64,000 bases of DNA, taken from Eledone cirrhosa. Its lineage: Eukaryota. The stretch is taken from assembly GCA_964016885.1 (NCBI GenBank), contig OZ024743.1, forward strand, positions 36,208,001 to 36,272,000, written 5' to 3'. Positions 56,706-64,000 of this stretch are shown in pieces. Within the stretch, counting starts at the first letter, position 1, and every line of letters starts with the position of its first letter. A program made the translations under genes and the position numbers. The notes below the pieces were generated by a model. The model made no database searches and was not told the DNA's origin. It saw only the letters and a list, made by a program, of their open reading frames with translations.

Positions 56706-56812
56706 ATTTTTTTAAATTGCATTTGTGATATTTTACACGTTTTTATTGTATGTAAACTTCCCCCTTTGTATTTGTCCCCTTCTTTTGTGCCCCTGTGGCT
56801 AATAAAGAAACA
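56706..56812 (+). mobile_element. Second truncated 3'UTR of the Tx1-like LINE
   Basis: Diverged repeat of the 3' end, flanked by TATC repeats. Confidence 0.8.
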
Positions 56813-56835
56813 TATCTATCTATCTATCTCTCCAA

Positions 56836-57239
56836 CAGGGGGCTCAAACATGCGGCCCGCGAACTACTTTTCTATGGCCCGTGGTAGAACCAATATTTCA
56901 GATTCCATTATAACTGGCGAAAATAAGGCGGTGAGCTGGTGGAATCGTTAGCACATCTGGCGAAATGCTTAGCCGTACTTCTTCCGTTTTTACGTTCTGA
57001 GTTCAAATTCCGCCGATCTCAACTTTGTCTTTCATCCTTTTGGGGTCGATAAATTAAGTACCAGTTGTCTACTGTGATCGATGTAACCGACTGGACCCTA
57101 AACCTCAAATTTCATGCCTTGTGCCTATAGTAGCAATGATTTTAACTGGTGAAAATCATCACCCATCACCACGTTTGGCCCAGTACCTCTCCTCCAGGAC
57201 GTAATGGCCCTTTTATGTCCTTGAGTTTGAGACCACCTC
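56836..57239. mobile_element. hAT-type MITE interrupted by a SINE
   Basis: CAGGGGGCTCAAAC ... GTTTGAGACCACCTC; SINE at 56926-57140 with TSD-like TAACTGGYGAAAAT. Confidence 0.7.
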
Positions 57240-57275
57240 TTCTACACACACACACACATACATACACACACACAC

Positions 57276-57311
<36 letters not shown>

Positions 57312-57388
57312 ACATATATATATATGTCCCAAGGCTCTGAAACCATCAACACCAAAAACACAGAGCTGGCATATCTAAGAACTGACTA

Positions 57389-57444
57389 ACTGCCGGATGA
57401 GGTCATAGCCATTCAATGGCTATCATCGAAATATATATAGCAGT
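57389..57444 (+). ncRNA. Hammerhead motif with CGGATGA core
   Basis: ACTGC-CGGATGA-(ATAGCCAT/ATGGCTAT stem)-GAAAT-ATAT-ATA-GCAGT, then AATAAA. Confidence 0.65.
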
Positions 57445-57609
57445 AAATAAAGGATTATGAGTTCATGCAATTGACTTATGTTTCGTCACTATATATATAT
57501 ATATATACACTTTACTTTTTTCTGTCTCTGGACTACGCCCATGTTGGAGCATCACCTTGGTAAGTTATGGGGACGTCAACAACCAAGTAGCATGGGTGGG
57601 AAGGCAAAC

Positions 57610-57760
57610 GCAAAGACACACTCAGACATATATACATATATACGACGTGCTTCTTTTAGTTTTGGTCTATCAAATCCACTCACAGGGCTTTGGTCGGCCC
57701 GAGCAGTGGGACTGAACCCGGAAATATGTGGTTGGGAAGCAAGCTTCTTGTCACACTGCG
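57610..57760 (-). mobile_element. tRNA-derived SINE fragment
   Basis: Minus-strand GGGTTCAGTCCC box and GGGCCGACCAAAGCC body. Confidence 0.65.
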
Positions 57761-57770
57761 CATATCTCTC

Positions 57771-57828
<58 letters not shown>

Positions 57829-58367
57829 CAAATTACAATTAAAATAACAAGAACAAAGTCAAGTTACTTTATAACTTTGTTTTTATTTTGTTGCTTTTAT
57901 TTTTATTGTTAATTAAATACCTAATATCCGACTCTGTATCTAAAGAATTAATTCAGCGAAACACAGAAAGAACTTCTCTATGGATTTTACAAGATTACAT
58001 TGAGTTCTATCTACCGTACCGACCCTACCACCAGAGGTAAACCAGACTGAAAAAAGAAAAAAAAAATATATATATATATATATAAATCTACATACATACA
58101 TACATACATACATACATTTACCCATATATATAGCTATGCATTTATACATTTGTATATATACATGCATTTATATTTAAGTGTGTAAGGATGTTGACTTGAT
58201 TTATGTTTTTTGGGGGGGTAAGGAGAGAACTTTGACTCCAGATTTTATTACCCTAGGGAGATTAAATACCACAGCATTTCAACTTCATCAAACACCAACG
58301 CCGGCCTGTAAATATGTGTGTATGTATGTATGTATGTATGTATGTATGTATGTATGTATGTATGTAT

Positions 58368-58963
58368 GTCAGTTCACCAGTTGGTGCTACTGGTAACATG
58401 TATCCCAGTACAACCTGTCCCATGGTCGGGTCGTTGGCGACTAAATTGGCCACCCTACCAAGGTTTCTTGGTGAGGAGGATGACTTTGGACATCCTGCAG
58501 GACTAAAAACAAAACCTGTCAAAGGGCAAAGAAGCTCTTAAGAGTCAATGGCCATCCAAAATCACCGGGAGAGATGACCCCTTAGCCTTTGTCAAGGCAG
58601 AATTCTAGGAGAAGAAAAACTCTGATATAACACCTGGAACCCTGATGTTGACTTGTTCTTCTTTTTGGTAAATATCATATTGGTTAAGAGAGTGGGACTG
58701 GCTTTTGGCAGTACCTTTGCTAAATATAAAAGCTTAACGGCACAGGCATTGCTTTATATCTGGAGATCTCTCTGCACTTGTCCTCACATGGTACCATGGG
58801 CCCAGCACTATGTGTCAATAATTGTCACAAATTTAGTGTTTGTACCAGAGTTTTCAAGTCGCTGGCTGGACTAAAAAGTCACACTTGTTCAGCGCATCGG
58901 TAGGGGTTCTCCTACATGGATATAAAGTAGTGGCCGTACTCGAAAACGAGTTGGCAGCCACCA
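58368..58963 (+). mobile_element. Bipartite RTE-derived element, full length
   Basis: Near-identical to 32813-33421; TATG repeats on both flanks. Confidence 0.88.
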
Positions 58964-59615
58964 TATATGTATATATGTTTGTATGTATGTATGTATGTAT
59001 GTATGTATGTATGTATGTATGCATGTATGTATGTATGCATGTGTATGCGTGTGTATGTATGTATGTATGTATGTATGTATGTATGTATGTATGTACGTAT
59101 GCATGTGTATGCGTGTGTATGTATGTATGTATGTATGTATGTATGTACATATGCATGTGTGTGTATGATTGTAAGTATGAATGTATGTATGTATATGTAT
59201 ACACCCACACCTTTCATCACCATTGCTTCTTTTTCTTATCGTTTCTGTTGTTCTTGTAACTGTTGTCATAGTTGACGTTGCCCTTATTTTCATTTTCTTT
59301 GATTTCGTTCCTTTTTCTTTTACCTCCCTAGGGAATTCGTTGCCAAGCTTCTTTCATTTATTTTCTTCGTTTTCTTCATTCAAATGCATTCACACTGGCT
59401 GTCTCAGAGACGTACAAATATGGCTTATAAAAGTTACCTGAGTAAAGAACCCTCAGCGCCTCCCTAGCGCCCCAAAAAATTCAAAAGCTCTCCTAGTGCC
59501 CTCCAAAGCTAAACGCCCCCCTAACATCCCTTTGCTCTAAAACGCCCCCCCTCCCTTGGAGCTCCGAAACGGGGGGTTCATACCCCCCCTCCCGTTGAGA
59601 ACCTTTACTCTACAT

Positions 59616-59945
59616 GGCTGAATACAATAAATGTAATCTGAGTTTATCGAATATTAATAATAATATTCGATTCGTTTGCAATTATGCAAACAAGCCTCAT
59701 TTTTAAAGCAAGTCAGTAGAATGAGCCCCTCATTCTTGCTCTTGTGCTGGCATGTAAACAGAACTGCAGACACTAATGTTTCAGGGTATCACCCTTCATC
59801 AGTACAGCTCACTGTCCACCTACCAACACAAAATCAAGAATGAGGGGCTCATTCTACTGGCATGGCTTTAAAAATGAGGCTTGATTTCATAATTGCAAAC
59901 GAATCGAATATTATTATTAATATTTGAAAAACTCAGATTATATTT
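59616..59945 (-). mobile_element. Inverted-repeat PLE-LTR-like element enclosing a hammerhead
   Basis: Arms ~59630-59745 and ~59828-59945. Confidence 0.8.
59764..59807 (-). ncRNA. Canonical minimal type-I hammerhead ribozyme
   Basis: CTGTA-CTGATGA-AGGG-TGATA-CCCT-GAAAC-ATTAGT-GTC-TGCAG. Confidence 0.85.
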
Positions 59946-59947
59946 AT

Positions 59948-60028
<81 letters not shown>

Positions 60029-60029
<1 letters not shown>

Positions 60030-60980
60030 TTTAATTAGGAAGTGAACAACACAATATAACTACTCCATTACCAAAGGTTTCAGGACCCTAGACAATATTA
60101 ACAAACATCTAGTTCGTTCATCAGATGAAAAAGTTACAAATATATGAAAATACCGAAAGAAAGTGTATTACTATTAATAATTGTTTCTACGTTAGGCACA
60201 AGGCCAGCAATTACCCAGTGCATTACTGGTACTTTATTTTATCGACCCCGTAAGGATGAAAGGCAAAGTTAACCTCGGCGGGATTTGAACTCAGAATGGC
60301 AAGGGCCGTAACTCTATACGTCAAAGCATGGCGACCGACCCTCTTCCAATACTGCCAATCCACCGCCCGTGTATTACTATTAATAATAAAAGTGAGGCTG
60401 TAAAATATAACGGAAAATATACATAAGAAAGAATATATAAAAATTATATAGAAATTATATAAAAATTATAAAAATTATGAAAATCCTGTGTACATACACA
60501 TAAAGTAAAATTACATATAGGCGTGCAGATACAATGTATGTGTCGTATATATATATACATACATTTTTACTTTATGTGTACGTATGTACTCATGAGTTTC
60601 CTGATTTTTATAATTTTTATATATTCTTTCTTATGTATATTTTTCGTTATATTTTACAGCAGTATCGGTAGAGGGTCGTACGCCATGCTTTGACGCATAG
60701 AGTTACGGCCCTTGCCATTCTGAGTTCAAATCCCGCCGAGGTTAACTTTGCCTTTCATCCTTACGGGGTCGATAAAATAAAGTACCAGTAATGCACTGGG
60801 TAATTGCTGGCCTTGTACCAAAAGTAGAAACAATTATTAATAGTATTACACTTTCTTTCGATATTTTCATATATTTGTAACTTTTTCATCTGATGAGCGA
60901 ACTAGATGTTAATATTGTCGAGAGTCCTGAAACCTTTGGTAATGGAGTAGTATATTGTGTCGTTCACTTTCTAATTAAAT
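60029..60980. mobile_element. ~950-bp inverted repeat; each arm has a hammerhead and a SINE A copy
   Basis: Hammerheads at 60064-60129 (-) and 60885-60946 (+); SINEs at 60178-60368 (-) and 60658-60835 (+). Confidence 0.88.
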
Positions 60981-61056
60981 AGTTCTGTTCTATACATAGA
61001 GCACTCCTTTTTCCTTTGTTTTTTCTTCGGAAATACTTAACACACACACACACACA

Positions 61057-61120
<64 letters not shown>

Positions 61121-61230
61121 GGAAACTATATTTATAAAATATCGTATTTTTACTCCAATTATTTGTTGAGTGCTTTATATCAGTTATAAAAATATTTGCT
61201 TGTTGTATCCCAACAATTTAAATAGAACTT

Positions 61231-61278
<48 letters not shown>

Positions 61279-61291
61279 CTCTTTGCTTATG

Positions 61292-61331
<40 letters not shown>

Positions 61332-61332
61332 C

Positions 61333-61398
<66 letters not shown>

Positions 61399-61604
61399 GA
61401 GGGGGAGGGAGAGACATACAGTTGCACCAAGAGACCACTTTGATCTACATCAAAGATTCTAAAGTAAATGTCATCATGACGTCATATTTTACTAACATCC
61501 CTTACAATCTCTATGGATAGGAGTGCGGCGGGTTACTAGGGAAAGCATGTGTATGTGTTTGTGTGAGTTGGCACGTGAATGGTACATGGCTTAACAGCAG
61601 CATT

Positions 61605-61617
61605 AGTAGTAGTAGCG

Positions 61618-61651
<34 letters not shown>

Positions 61652-61658
61652 CAGTAGC

Positions 61659-61689
<31 letters not shown>

Positions 61690-61880
61690 ATAGTAGTAGT
61701 AGTAGTAGTAGCAGTAGTAGCAGTAGTAGTACTAGTAGCAGTAGCAGTAGTAGTAGTAATAGTAGTAGTAGTAGCAGTAGTAGTAGCAGCAACAGTAGTA
61801 GTAGTAGTAGTAGCAGCAGTAGTAGCAGTAGTAATAGTAGTAGTAGCAGCAGTAGTAGTAGTAGTAGCAGCAGCAGTAGT

Positions 61881-61937
<57 letters not shown>
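61605..61937. repeat. (TAG/CAG)n trinucleotide array
   Basis: Direct observation. Confidence 0.95.
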
Positions 61938-61938
<1 letters not shown>

Positions 61939-62418
61939 TCATTAGCAGTGGTAGTAGCAACAACAGCTATATAATGTGAGTAATTTACTCTGTGATTAAT
62001 TGTTGCTTTAATGAGTAGAGTATTGTGGCTGGAGGCAATATTTCTTCGCTTGATGTTATTCCTAGTGGCCAATAAAGAAATTATTACTATTATTATTATT
62101 GTTGTTGTTGTTTTATGATTGATAATTATCATAACTAAATAGTTAAACGAAGGGGAATTTTGTATTTTGTTCATTTCAATATGGCGCTTAAAAACTGCAC
62201 TTGTAGAGAACGTCATCTGTAATTAACAAAGCAGTTAACAATTTTGACCCTCTTAAGCTATTAAGGGCCACATCGCCTAGCTCCAGTTTCATGCTGTTAT
62301 AAAGTGAGAAATAAATCTTATCCTGGTTAAAAGGCCAGACAATCCTAGATAACATTCCAAGAGGATCTAGGAGCTATTATTCCCTGGCAGCTAGGAGAAT
62401 CAAAACGTAAGATATGAT

Positions 62419-62612
62419 TATAATTGTTTCTACTTTTGGCACAAGGCCAGCAATTACCCAGTACATTACTGATACTTTATTTTATCGACCCCGTAAGGAT
62501 GAAAGGCAAAGTTAACCTCGGCGGGATTTGAAATCAGACCATAAAGAGCCGTAACTCTTTGCTACAAAGCATGGCGTCCGACCCTCTACCGATACTGCCA
62601 ATCCACCGCCCT
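62419..62612 (-). mobile_element. SINE family A, full length
   Basis: Direct repeat AGATATGATTATAAT at both ends. Confidence 0.92.
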
Positions 62613-63662
62613 GAGATATGATTATAATGTCCCATCCTTCATCCTCATAAGACACACCGAAACAAATGTATTCTGTAAATGAGGAGGGGAGTGGGGAATG
62701 TTCATTTTTGATAACTCTTGACGTTCCACAATCTTAATGGCTTTATGGAATTCTTTAGGTTTGTATTTGTGTTTATGCCTCGTAAATTAGCGATTCGGTA
62801 AAAGGAAATCGATAAAACAAGTACGAGCCTTTTAAAAATATGTACTGGGATCGATAAGTTCAACTAAATCCCTTCAAGGCGATGCTCCAGCACTGAAAAT
62901 AGCGCAGAAAATGGTAAACTAGTAGAAAAATGAAATAAAATAATTATCTACACCATCAGATGTTATTTTCGACCTATTATCTGTCATAAAAGCAGTCTCA
63001 CTAAAGGAGCAGGCGTCTTTCTTACAACATTAAATCCTGTATCAGATCTGGCCGAAATGGTGATACTTGATATTTCGAATATAAGACCCGCTTAGATCAA
63101 CTTTGCTTCTCATCCTTTCGAAATCGATAAATTAAGTATCAGTCCAGTTCTGGGGTTGACTCCTCCTCTCTTTGGAGAAATATTCCCACATAGAGAGGGG
63201 TGGGTTCGCCCAGGTTTAAAATGCTTGAGAGGCGTCGTGTGTGAGGCAGGTAACGTTACGTCTCCGTTAGGAGTTAAGAGCCTTCCTTCTTTTCCTACGA
63301 TAATAGGCGAAAAATCGTCAGAGTTGTTAGAGCATTAGATTAAATACCTCGGTATTTGTTCCAGCCCTCTGCAATTTGAGTTAAAATCCCGTCGAGATCA
63401 ACTTTACCTTTCATCCATTCGAGGTCGATAAATAAAGTACTAATCCTGAAGCGGTAGTTGTTTTATGGGGTGGGTGGGGGGGTTATTAAAAAGTTAAATG
63501 GGGTGCGTTGTGGTATCAGTTCCGGCTTCGTGTGCTCTGATTTCCTGTTTCCTGTCACCGGAAATGCGGTGACATTTCTGCCAGGAGTTGCGATCAACAA
63601 AGAGAATGACCAACGGAAACAGTTTCCTTGCTCCGATCTAATAATCGACTTCTTTTCTTTGT

Positions 63663-63808
63663 AATAATTGTTTCTACTTTTGGCACAAGGCCAGTGCATT
63701 ACTGGTACTTTATTTTATCGACTCTGTAAGGATGAAAGGCAAAGTTAACTTCGGTGGGATTTGAACTCAGAACGTAAATGGCCCTAACTCTATGCTGCAA
63801 AGCATGGT
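63663..63808 (-). mobile_element. SINE family A, truncated
   Basis: Reverse complement of consensus. Confidence 0.85.
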
Positions 63809-63930
63809 GTACTCAATACATGGGGAGATGTAGAGTGGATATAGAGATAAGTAAAATCCCGACAGTGGCGCCAAGTGGTTTAAGCTTGTTCTGAACATAC
63901 AAGCCGAAACTGCTTGGTGCCGCGGACGGT
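63807..63930 (-). mobile_element. Degenerate fold-back element (10095 family)
   Basis: GGCGCCAAGTGGTTTAAGCTTGT / ACAAGCCGAAACTGCTTGGTGCC. Confidence 0.65.
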
Positions 63931-64000
63931 ATTATATATATATAATATATCAAGGTAGTGATTACCTTGATTAAATCTTAACCATTTAACATCTCAGGGT

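Larger units (their letters stand above)
51540..59607. mobile_element. hAT-type element expanded to ~8 kb by nested insertions
   Basis: CAAAGGTTCTCAAC ... GTTGAGAACCTTTA; CTCTACAT at 51532-51539 and 59608-59615. Confidence 0.75.

Overview
AT-rich eukaryotic genomic DNA, very dense in microsatellites ((TA)n, (CA)n, (GA)n, (TATG)n, (TATC)n). I found no host protein-coding exon, and nearly all ORFs in the track are repeat artefacts. The SINE families and microsatellite load resemble an octopus/cephalopod genome (inference). Recognisable content: a ~3.1 kb 19-bp satellite; a 5'-truncated, disabled Tx1/L1-clade LINE in (TATC)n; decayed RTE, R4/Dong-like and Penelope-like (PLE) coding remnants; a ~600 bp bipartite RTE-derived element in (TATG)n; more than 15 tRNA-derived SINE copies; and hAT- and piggyBac-type MITEs, including an ~8 kb nested hAT element whose empty site is visible elsewhere in the window. 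The most striking signal is a population of small elements in (TA)n. About nine carry minimal type-I hammerhead ribozyme motifs, some with variant cores. Several families form fold-back palindromes centred on the hammerhead stem II, with copy-specific substitutions mirrored in both arms. tRNA-like cloverleaves also occur in PLE-associated sequence. All coordinates and pairings were read by eye.
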